From assembly GCA_017631175.1 (NCBI GenBank), contig JAGBTT010000197.1:1-56236 (forward strand): a DNA stretch of 56,236 bases. The letters run 5' to 3'. The position numbers were made by a program, and so were the translations under genes. Below, one piece after another: positions 1 to 8,434 of this stretch (the stretch's first letter is position 1; every line of letters begins with the position of its first letter). The notes beneath the pieces were generated by a model. It worked only from the letters and a program-made list of their open reading frames with translations, was not told where the DNA came from and did no database searches. Source of the DNA: Bacteroidales bacterium (GTDB taxonomy: Bacteria > Bacteroidota > Bacteroidia > Bacteroidales > UBA932).

Positions 1-63
1 TAAGGAACGGAGAGTTTTTTCGACAGCAGCTTTGTTGTTTTTGTATAATTCTGAAAAGTTCAT
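1..63 (-). CDS. 5' end of a gene truncated by the window edge (MNFSELYKNNKAAVEKTLRSL...); possibly a large helicase partner of the 852-aa protein
   Basis: ATG at 63, 12 nt after the stop of the 852-aa gene; 21 open codons to the edge. Product is a guess from context only. Confidence 0.5.
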   Translation of the reverse strand, partial: MNFSELYKNNKAAVEKTLRSL

Positions 64-75
64 ATGTTGAAATTT

Positions 76-2634
76 CTATAATTCTACTTTATGTGTAGCC
101 CAGTCAAAGTTAAATTCCTCTGAAATTCGTTTTAAGCCTTGCTTGTCTGACTCTGATAGTACACCACCCCTGTCGGCTATGAGTGGCTCATATAACTCTT
201 TCTTGAAATCCTTAACTTGTGAGAACGGGAAGAATATGAAGAAGTAGGTCTTGTGCAAGATTGCTACATCAAAGCACTTTAGCAAGGATACTTCGTTCTT
301 CTTATACTTAAATGCATTATACTTACCTCTTTTGGGTATGATGCAAGAAAGTGATGGTGATTTCTCTAGCGAATGGAATATGATAGAGTTCTGCTCAGGA
401 GTTTCGTCATACGAGCAAGGTTCAGGCTCCTGATTAGCATAATAGTTCCATTTGCAGAAATGGCCGTCTTCTGCTCGGCGGTTAATTCCAAAACTTATTT
501 TTAAGCATCCTGGGGCATAGCAATCCAACTCATTTGCTTCAAATCGGGTATCATTATCCCATGCTGAGAGTTGCGAGTTGGTATTGTTGTTGTCCAGCTT
601 AGTATAAACTGACGGTATATTTTTACATTGATAAGATGAATAACCAGATTCAGTGAAGCAGTTTACGGTGACATCCTCCTTAAGGATATAAGGAATAATA
701 ACTTCTGAATTATCAATGTGTTCTATAACCTTTTCATTACGACAAATCTCTCGAACTAATGTAGGGCGAAAGATCGGTATCTCAACACGTCCTTGGCCTG
801 TATAAATTACAATAGTGTGAGTGGGATGGAGTGGCGTTTCTCCGAGAGTAATATTATCTTCAATAACATTCTGTTCTATCTCGCTTCCATTCCAGCTATT
901 GTAAATGATCTGTTGGGTGCTGAAATCTCTAACAATAGGTTTCTCTACTGCAATAGGTGGCATATAGAAAACCTTGAGAGGTATTCTTCTCTCCTTGACT
1001 TCTATAACCAAATCATTGAGACCAAAGTCAGGCTTCTGAACGTCATTCCACTCTATGTAGTTACCATGCTGTTTGAATTTGATAATCTCGGCTTCGGAGT
1101 AATATTCAGGTGTGGCGTTTAGAATGTCGTCTTTAGTTGCGAAGTGCTTGATGATGATATCACTCGGGTTGAAAATGATTGCTACTTCCTCTTCAATTTC
1201 GCCATAGTCTTCATCATCCTCAAATAAATATCTGATGGATCCGGTTTCACTATATGATATAACGTCGCGGTAAAGTTTTGCCTTTACCTGATCGTATCCT
1301 ATTCTGTTGTATAGGGTTGTTTTTGTGTCAGATTCATCTACGATTACTACCTGGTCATAAATGTAATACCAACCGTATGTCTCTGAATAACCATATAGCT
1401 TATCCTTAAACGGAACCCGTTCAGGATATTCGTTTGGAGAGTCCAATTCTAGTTTACATTTGTTCGTAAAAACGACAGCTGTCTCTTTCTGTGCTGCTGG
1501 TTTGCTGCTCCAGATATCTTCGTAAGGAGATACCCTCCATACTTGCATGAAGTCAGAGCAGGTCTGTTCTTGAATACACTTTATATTGCCTAAATTATCT
1601 TTCGCCCAAATCTCTATTTTAGAGAATCGTTTTGTTGGAATGTTATGGCAGACTGCGTACCTGTCAACGCCTTGAGCAATAAATCCAGTAGACTCGTCTC
1701 CTGTGTTGAGATAGGAAATTGTTGGCTTCTGGAAGTTTGCATCTTGAATAACAGTCTCGCCATCCTTAAACTTTAGACTGATGTATAGTCTTTTAATCTC
1801 TTCCGGGTGTGTGAAGCCCCAAAGAAATACTCTGTCGTATCTAAGGTAATGATGAACTCCCAGACCTACCTCTTCAATGTTGAACCATAAGCGTAATTTG
1901 CGTTGCATATAATCGCAACCAGCTTCGTGATGAATGAGCCATTCAAACCTAAATTTCTCTTTCATTACTTCATCATTCGCATGACGAATACGTTCAATGA
2001 GCTTGTTCGCATCTGAATAAGGGTCGACAAGATCAGAATCATCGAATGGTTTCCTTCCGTTTACAATCTCCGTGAGGAAGTAGTATAGACTATGGTAGTT
2101 CCTAATGGAATTACGGAACGCTATGGCTCTATCTTCATTATGCAAGTTTTCTAGTGTATACTCTTCTTTGTGAAGAATCTTGCATAACCCTTTCAGGAAG
2201 CGATTGTTTTGCTTGCTTAGCTCTAATTGTACAGATAATCCTCCTAAAACATAAGTTGAATATTGCCACAGTCGGTTTCCGGTACTTTCCTGTTTATACA
2301 CATATTTTTCAATGTCGATACCGGAATTCTCCCATAGCTTTTTCAGTTGTTCTGAATTAAGGTCGATGGCTTTTGCATCAGACTTACCGCTATTGTATGA
2401 TCGTTTGTACCATTCCGCTAGGTAGGTAATGATCTGTAGGGCAAAATCTGAAGTCAGAAGGTGCGAAATACTGCCATTGTGTGACTCAATACTTTTAGTG
2501 ATTGAATCATGTAACGACTGATATTCACTTGACGAGATTTTAAGGCGCCAAATATAAGGCTCCCTTTTATCAAGTGAACTAATCTTGCTGTATAGACATT
2601 CTTTGAGTCTTATATCCTCACTCGTTAGTGACAT
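76..2634 (-). CDS. Large hypothetical defence-island protein (852 aa), weak resemblance to STY4851/ECs_5259 (DruH-like) N-terminus
   Basis: Long ORF overlapping the HNH gene; YLAEWYKRSY and YVLGGL segments; follows R-M and HNH genes. CDS is secure, family is tentative. Confidence 0.6.
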   Translation of the reverse strand: MSLTSEDIRLKECLYSKISSLDKREPYIWRLKISSSEYQSLHDSITKSIESHNGSISHLLTSDFALQIITYLAEWYKRSYNSGKSDAKAIDLNSEQLKKLWENSGIDIEKYVYKQESTGNRLWQYSTYVLGGLSVQLELSKQNNRFLKGLCKILHKEEYTLENLHNEDRAIAFRNSIRNYHSLYYFLTEIVNGRKPFDDSDLVDPYSDANKLIERIRHANDEVMKEKFRFEWLIHHEAGCDYMQRKLRLWFNIEEVGLGVHHYLRYDRVFLWGFTHPEEIKRLYISLKFKDGETVIQDANFQKPTISYLNTGDESTGFIAQGVDRYAVCHNIPTKRFSKIEIWAKDNLGNIKCIQEQTCSDFMQVWRVSPYEDIWSSKPAAQKETAVVFTNKCKLELDSPNEYPERVPFKDKLYGYSETYGWYYIYDQVVIVDESDTKTTLYNRIGYDQVKAKLYRDVISYSETGSIRYLFEDDEDYGEIEEEVAIIFNPSDIIIKHFATKDDILNATPEYYSEAEIIKFKQHGNYIEWNDVQKPDFGLNDLVIEVKERRIPLKVFYMPPIAVEKPIVRDFSTQQIIYNSWNGSEIEQNVIEDNITLGETPLHPTHTIVIYTGQGRVEIPIFRPTLVREICRNEKVIEHIDNSEVIIPYILKEDVTVNCFTESGYSSYQCKNIPSVYTKLDNNNTNSQLSAWDNDTRFEANELDCYAPGCLKISFGINRRAEDGHFCKWNYYANQEPEPCSYDETPEQNSIIFHSLEKSPSLSCIIPKRGKYNAFKYKKNEVSLLKCFDVAILHKTYFFIFFPFSQVKDFKKELYEPLIADRGGVLSESDKQGLKRISEEFNFDWATHKVEL

Positions 2635-3367
2635 TTTGATCTGCTAAATAAGTTTTAAGTAGCTGCCAGTCAGATGGGTCCTCAAGGCGATGTATCATGG
2701 AGTGGCAATTTGAGCAGAGTGGAATGAGTTCAGTCGCTGGATTCACCTCATGTTCTCCATCTGTTTCACTAATAGGGTTCAGGTGATGGACTTCGATAAA
2801 CTCCTTTCCAATCTCGCCATACCTTTCTACAAAGTTCATTTCGCATATGATACATCGATACTCGTTACCGTAGTGAGCAATGCATAATTCGCGGAGTTTA
2901 GGATTGCGTTTGTGTATTTCGCGATCCCTCTCTTGTAGAATAGCTCCTTCAACCAATTTTATCTTTTTAGCGATAACCGGCTTAGGTTTAGCCTCTTGAG
3001 GTTGTGCCGTGGTATTTTTCTTACGCTCTCCTTTACCTAGTTTGATCTTGGTTCTTGAAGGATGCCATTTTGATCCAAGAAATCCAGTATAGACTTTTAT
3101 GGATTTTATAAGCATGCCTCCATGTTTCTCATCCTCGGCCTTGAACGTATCGTTTAAGGCAATTTCTCTCATGACTGCGTTAAAGAAATCAGCTTTGGAG
3201 AGACCGTAGATGGATTCAAGATTGCCGATAAAATGAGACTTTATAAAATAGGCTAATTCTCTTTCTATAAAATTAATTAAGTTATCTTGAGATGCCGGGT
3301 CTCTGTGGCCCGACTTCTCAAGATGACTTTTAAAGGATTCCCTGTATCTATTTATGTCTATTGACAT
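2618..3367 (-). CDS. HNH endonuclease, McrA-like (candidate modification-dependent restriction nuclease)
   Basis: C-terminal EG...RNPKLR..C...CIIC...FIEVHHLNP...LIPLCSNCHSMIH zinc/HNH motif; start abuts the stop of the upstream gene. Confidence 0.85.
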   Translation of the reverse strand: MSIDINRYRESFKSHLEKSGHRDPASQDNLINFIERELAYFIKSHFIGNLESIYGLSKADFFNAVMREIALNDTFKAEDEKHGGMLIKSIKVYTGFLGSKWHPSRTKIKLGKGERKKNTTAQPQEAKPKPVIAKKIKLVEGAILQERDREIHKRNPKLRELCIAHYGNEYRCIICEMNFVERYGEIGKEFIEVHHLNPISETDGEHEVNPATELIPLCSNCHSMIHRLEDPSDWQLLKTYLADQNVTNE

Positions 3368-6300
3368 TATTCCATAGGTTTTATAATAGAGTCGATATAT
3401 TCCCTGTCTTCTTTGCGAAGATTGTATTTAGCATACAATTCTTCATCTGTCCAGCTTTTTGACCAGTCCTGTAATGGAACAAATTGGAAAACATTAGCAG
3501 GATTATCCTGTGTTTTCTTGCGAATAGTTACCATATAGCGGAAGAATCTGGTCTTCATGTAGGAGATGATGTTTTCACACTCTTCTTTGCTGAAGTTGTG
3601 TTTTTGTGCATCATGGCCTACCACGATATAAGAAAACGAACACAGGCTATTTGGTTCACCATAGAATGGCGTTCCTATAACGTATGGGTCTCCAGCTGTT
3701 CCGTAAGCTTTCGGAAGGAATATCTTATGCAGAGGAATGGTGTCAAATCCTTTTGCAATATCAGCATGCTTTACCCATCCAAAACCACATGATTCCAGCC
3801 TTTTGTTGATGTAGCACTTGTATGTGTGAATAGCATCAGGAGTTGTGCTATAACCTTTCCAGTTGGTACCTAAGGTCTCATCTCTATCGAAGAAATGCAA
3901 AGGTCCAACGAGAGAAGAGAAATTGTTCTCATTAAAGTACTTGCCTTCTATACGTGAAATTTGTTTTACAATTTCACTTGCCCTACCATCCCTGATTACG
4001 ATACCTGCACCTAACTCATTAAGATAGAGAGATTGCTTGTATATTTCCTTTTCCTGATGGAGGTTATATTGACACTTGTCATTATATGCGTCGCTATATA
4101 AGAAGAAGCTCACTCCTCCTCCAATACCTACTCCTTTGAAGCATTCGGTAAAATCAAGGAAATCCTCGATATGGATAAAATGGTTGGAGTTAAGTAACTC
4201 TTCTACCCATTCCTCCTTGATGCCCATTCCACCCTTGGTCATCCATCTACTAGGTGTAATCATGGATATATAATTAGGTTTGAGCTGTCTCGCGATTTCA
4301 ATAAAATGCTGGTAAATGTTAACTCCTTGGAAACCCGTTGCTGATGTTTTTGATTGATATGGCGGATTTCCTACAATAGCGTTAAATTTCATCTCTGATT
4401 TATTATCTGTGTTATTCCAATATCCAAAGGTCTTGAGCTTATTGATAAGATTAACGCTGTTGGATGTTGCATTTTCTACAAGGGTGTCTTCCTTTATATT
4501 GTGGCCAGAAATAGTCCTGAATCCTAGAAGTGTTCGCTCCGTAATACGGGCTGCCATAGGTGTATTGCAAATAACGTATATGTTATTCTTTACTATGTCG
4601 TCCCAGATTACTTGTTCTTCTTCAACTGAATAATTGTTAACATCTTCAATAAGATCGTGCTTAGCGAAATCTTTCATTCGCTGACGATAAATAGAATATG
4701 TCACATATAGTGGATATAGTCCGGTTTTCGAGTTGATTTCCAGGATTCTTGTAGATGTGTTAAATACTTCATCAGTAACCTCATCCCTTTCGACAAATCG
4801 AGGCTCGGTTGTATCTACGTAGTCAAATAGTCTTCCTTCAGTTCCCTCTACTGCCTTTTGGTTAGGTCCATCAAATCTCTCATTATAGAAACAGTACCCT
4901 CCCAAAGTCTGGCTCATGTGCATATTGACTACGCGCCATGGAGTGAGAACAGTTTCTTTATCAGGGTTGTGGAAATAACTAAATATTTCTGCGATGCGCT
5001 TCACACGTTCGTCTGTATGCATTTCGTCCGCCTCACGTGCAAGCTGCCTATATCTTTTACCAGCTAGCGCAAACATCTTTGCATTAAAACATGGTTTGAT
5101 TTCTTCAAAGATGTCTTTGGTTATACCTCGTGGCATGAATTCAGCCCATGATGCATTGTCGATTCTCTCAGTGAGGTTCTCGATGGTAATACCAATCTTT
5201 TCATCATCGACATTTGCGCCATAAATCAAGAGTGGGATTCTTAAAGCAATGCCTCGAAGTATAGAGATTCTATTCTCTTTCTCCTTTCTCTCGGCTTCTT
5301 TGGCTGCTCTTTCTGCTTCCATCGCAGCCCTTTCCTCTGGAGTAAGTGGCTTGCCTTCTCTTTTCTTCTTTTTTGCTAGTTTGGCAGCGTCCTTTTGCTG
5401 CTGAGTTAATCTGTTCTCTGCCAACTGAATCGCTTTCGCCGTTTTAGGCTTTTCCATGTTTGTTGTTTGCTCGATGATCTTGCCAAGGTCATTGAGTCGC
5501 TGCAACTGATTTTCGTCAAGTTGCATAAGGTATGTAGTGTCGTAGATAAGATTATCATTGAAGCCATTACGTACAACACGGTCAATGTAGACATGGTCGA
5601 GCTGCTTGAACAGTGTTTCAGCTTCGTACTCAACCATTTTACCACCTTCAAGTGAAATTACAGAGAAGAAATTCAGGAATTCACTCATAGTTGCGATATC
5701 ATCTTCTTTAGATGTCGCGTTGGCGTTTCTTCTTTGTTTGCTAGACAGATTAGCGAACTTAGCAGTTTCTGCAATCATCTTGAGTGACCTATCCGGAGCA
5801 AAATCGAATACGTAGCACTCAGCTTTCATTTTGCCAGGATAAGTCTCTGTGTCAGTTGACTGTACACGGAAAATGGTCTGCATGTATGTTGCAGCCGATG
5901 TGTTCTCTGACCCTTTAAGATAGAATACAGCAGTCCATGGGTGAACAGTTACTCCGGTGGTTAATCTACCGCATGAGATCGTGATTGTCGCAGTTTCTGA
6001 TGGGCGCTTTCCTATCTTATTAAGAACTAGGTCAAGTGCGTTCTCGCTCTTTTCATCGTCATCTGAGTTACCTGCAACATTGATGATCTCAAAATTAGAG
6101 AAGACGTCGTGTTCTTTCAATAACTGTGAAAGAGCCTTTGCTTCCTTTACACCAGGTACAATCCAAAGTGTATGATTGAAATTCTCTTGATAAAGCTCTG
6201 TAGAGAAAGGATAGTTGCTTTCTTCATCTTCCTTGCACATAAGATTGAGGAAATCAATAACCTCTTTTTCATGTACAAATCGACCCTTTGCTCCTTCCGG

Positions 6301-7227
6301 CATTTCTGCTCCATCAACCTCTTTACGGCCACTCCATGTCCTGAAGAATTCCTTGAACTTGAATGCTCCGTCTTCTGCAAAGTCTTTTCCTTTGACGAGT
6401 TTGGCTAGATCGTAAGTGAAGATATTCATGTGTGGAAGCACGGCATATGGGTTGTATTCGCCAGGGTGCGACTTGTCCCAATCTGCCTTTGCCTTCTGCT
6501 CCATTACATAATCCCACTGATAAATTTCTTCGTCTTTGTCGAAGTCTTCATAGAGATTGAAAGGAGTACCCGATAAGTGAAGAAGTTTAGTCTTCTCCTT
6601 TCTTAATGTAGAGATTACTCTAAGACCAAGTGATGTTCTTGTTCCCTCGTGTGCCTCGTCTATAACAACAAGATCCCAGTCATTCTCCAATATAGCATTT
6701 CTTAATGCTTCATTTTCCTGATCTGCCTCAGTTCGTTCTTCGTTGATGACTAGATTTGATCGGCGAAGGTACTGCATTGAAGCAAAGAAAACATAACCGT
6801 TATTTTCATTCGCTTTCGTATGAGCTTCAAGGTCGAAAAAGTTACCGGTAGAATCGTTCTCGAACTTTGTGCCATACTTGAAGGTCTCAGGAATGTCGCC
6901 AAAGATCTTATCAAAGTCTTCCTTCCAGCTCTGGTTTACTACCGGACGGTGTGTTACGATAAGGACTCTTCTGACCTTCCTGTTTGCTCCTCTACCTTCA
7001 GACATTTGTCTGGCTAATTCGAGTGCACACAAGGTTTTTCCGAAACGCATCTTTGCGTTCCAGAGATATTGTTGCATACCCTCTTTTCTTTCAAAATGCC
7101 TCTTTGCTCGAGAAATGGCATCTATCTGCTCCTCGCGAAACTTGATTTTCTGAGGAGTTTCACCGAACAGACCCGCAGAAGGTTTCTGCGGTGCATCTGT
7201 GTATACGGAATATATTTTGTTGGCCAT
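3367..7227 (-). CDS. SF2 helicase (ResIII-like) + Eco57I-like N6-adenine methyltransferase + specificity region; type IIG/ISP-like R-M protein
   Basis: Walker A NAKMRFGKT, VVIDEAH, LSGTP, QTIFR; MTase motifs LEINSKTG and IVGNPPY; C-terminal FQFVPLQDWSKSWTDEELYAKY. Confidence 0.88.
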   Translation of the reverse strand: MANKIYSVYTDAPQKPSAGLFGETPQKIKFREEQIDAISRAKRHFERKEGMQQYLWNAKMRFGKTLCALELARQMSEGRGANRKVRRVLIVTHRPVVNQSWKEDFDKIFGDIPETFKYGTKFENDSTGNFFDLEAHTKANENNGYVFFASMQYLRRSNLVINEERTEADQENEALRNAILENDWDLVVIDEAHEGTRTSLGLRVISTLRKEKTKLLHLSGTPFNLYEDFDKDEEIYQWDYVMEQKAKADWDKSHPGEYNPYAVLPHMNIFTYDLAKLVKGKDFAEDGAFKFKEFFRTWSGRKEVDGAEMPEGAKGRFVHEKEVIDFLNLMCKEDEESNYPFSTELYQENFNHTLWIVPGVKEAKALSQLLKEHDVFSNFEIINVAGNSDDDEKSENALDLVLNKIGKRPSETATITISCGRLTTGVTVHPWTAVFYLKGSENTSAATYMQTIFRVQSTDTETYPGKMKAECYVFDFAPDRSLKMIAETAKFANLSSKQRRNANATSKEDDIATMSEFLNFFSVISLEGGKMVEYEAETLFKQLDHVYIDRVVRNGFNDNLIYDTTYLMQLDENQLQRLNDLGKIIEQTTNMEKPKTAKAIQLAENRLTQQQKDAAKLAKKKKREGKPLTPEERAAMEAERAAKEAERKEKENRISILRGIALRIPLLIYGANVDDEKIGITIENLTERIDNASWAEFMPRGITKDIFEEIKPCFNAKMFALAGKRYRQLAREADEMHTDERVKRIAEIFSYFHNPDKETVLTPWRVVNMHMSQTLGGYCFYNERFDGPNQKAVEGTEGRLFDYVDTTEPRFVERDEVTDEVFNTSTRILEINSKTGLYPLYVTYSIYRQRMKDFAKHDLIEDVNNYSVEEEQVIWDDIVKNNIYVICNTPMAARITERTLLGFRTISGHNIKEDTLVENATSNSVNLINKLKTFGYWNNTDNKSEMKFNAIVGNPPYQSKTSATGFQGVNIYQHFIEIARQLKPNYISMITPSRWMTKGGMGIKEEWVEELLNSNHFIHIEDFLDFTECFKGVGIGGGVSFFLYSDAYNDKCQYNLHQEKEIYKQSLYLNELGAGIVIRDGRASEIVKQISRIEGKYFNENNFSSLVGPLHFFDRDETLGTNWKGYSTTPDAIHTYKCYINKRLESCGFGWVKHADIAKGFDTIPLHKIFLPKAYGTAGDPYVIGTPFYGEPNSLCSFSYIVVGHDAQKHNFSKEECENIISYMKTRFFRYMVTIRKKTQDNPANVFQFVPLQDWSKSWTDEELYAKYNLRKEDREYIDSIIKPME

Positions 7228-7239
7228 ATATTATGGGTT

Positions 7240-8262
7240 TTAGCTTATTAAAGTGTGGAAGAATACTTCTCCTACCTTGTCTTTTTTATATCCGGAATAC
7301 CAGTTCATAATCTTACATTGAATTCCGTTATGTGTATGTGGGTTGTTTGTCTTGCAACCGGGGCAAGGTACTACTTCGATTCTTTCTTCTGGTTCGTCAA
7401 ATAGTGATAATTGATCATCCCTTATAATCATTTCTCTTTCTCCACATGTATCCGGAATAACCATCTTAATACCGTCCATCTGCCATATGTTCCAGGATAT
7501 AATATTTGCAACGTCTAATATGCTTTTCCTGCTAGGGAATCCACCGTTGAACTTTAATTGATAAAAATCAATATAAGTTAGAAGTATGTTCTCTCTTGCC
7601 AGTAGCAAGTTGTCTCCCTGCCATTCGTATCCATATGTGGACTGAAGAGCTATTTGTATCCATTTGAACCACGTCTGGAAAGTCATCTGCTCGCTATTCT
7701 CATGAATTACGCGGAATTTTCTGTCTAGTATTCCAACGCGGTTGAGAGGTGCGATTAGTTCTCCCGTTGTCGCATCGTATCTGCTAACGATGTACGGGGC
7801 CTCTCCGCATGTTATCTCAAGGCGCTTCTCCTTGATGTAATCCTGCCAATTTTCTGATTCAAGAAACTCGACTTTATTTGTACTGATCCATCCTCCTTCA
7901 ATTTCTTCGTTAAAAACTCCGCTTCGTCCGAAATATGCGTTGTCAATCAAATTGTTCTGCTTGTTGCATATCCACGACGGCGTAAATACTTCCGCTTTGT
8001 CTTTGGATCTATACTCTTGAACAGCTTTGCTCTTTTTTACTCGAGGTTGGATTATCTGAACGTCGTCTCTGGTTATTGAACTTATCGTAATATGGGCTTG
8101 CGGAGAATATTCTGGTCCTAAGTCTGTATAGTTGTCTGTTGCCCAGATAATATTCTCATTCGAACTTCTATCAACTAAAAGGAGATTCAAGAGTTCTTCG
8201 TCATATTGAAGAATCTGACTTTCCTTTATGTCAATCAGTGTCGTGTCTATTATGCATTTCAT
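7240..8262 (-). CDS. R-M accessory 'subunit M'-type protein usually paired with Eco57I-helicase genes
   Basis: NIIWATDNY, KAEVFTPSW, LEITCGEAPY, YGYEWQGDNLLLAREN, NIWQMDG motifs; no NPPY motif visible. Confidence 0.75.
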   Translation of the reverse strand: MKCIIDTTLIDIKESQILQYDEELLNLLLVDRSSNENIIWATDNYTDLGPEYSPQAHITISSITRDDVQIIQPRVKKSKAVQEYRSKDKAEVFTPSWICNKQNNLIDNAYFGRSGVFNEEIEGGWISTNKVEFLESENWQDYIKEKRLEITCGEAPYIVSRYDATTGELIAPLNRVGILDRKFRVIHENSEQMTFQTWFKWIQIALQSTYGYEWQGDNLLLARENILLTYIDFYQLKFNGGFPSRKSILDVANIISWNIWQMDGIKMVIPDTCGEREMIIRDDQLSLFDEPEERIEVVPCPGCKTNNPHTHNGIQCKIMNWYSGYKKDKVGEVFFHTLIS

Positions 8263-8354
8263 AAGTATGCAATATGGTTTTGTCTAATATCTAATCCAAG
8301 CAGAGATTCTGTTCGGACTATTTAGCTGTATTTGTGAGGATTTATTCTTAACAA

Positions 8355-8362
8355 CAAAGTTA
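8355..8362 (-). promoter_or_regulatory. Bacteroidetes -7 promoter box (TAACTTTG) for the R-M operon
   Basis: Matches TAnnTTTG about 90 nt upstream of 8262. Confidence 0.5.
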
Positions 8363-8434
8363 CTAATTATTTGGATAATCCAAAAGAAGCAATGCTTCTT
8401 ACATGGTATATGCAATATCCCCAAATAGTTACAG

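Noticed and set aside
754-763. Partial match (aactaatgta) to the 17-bp promoter box
   Set aside because: Only 10 bp, inside a coding region; expected by chance.
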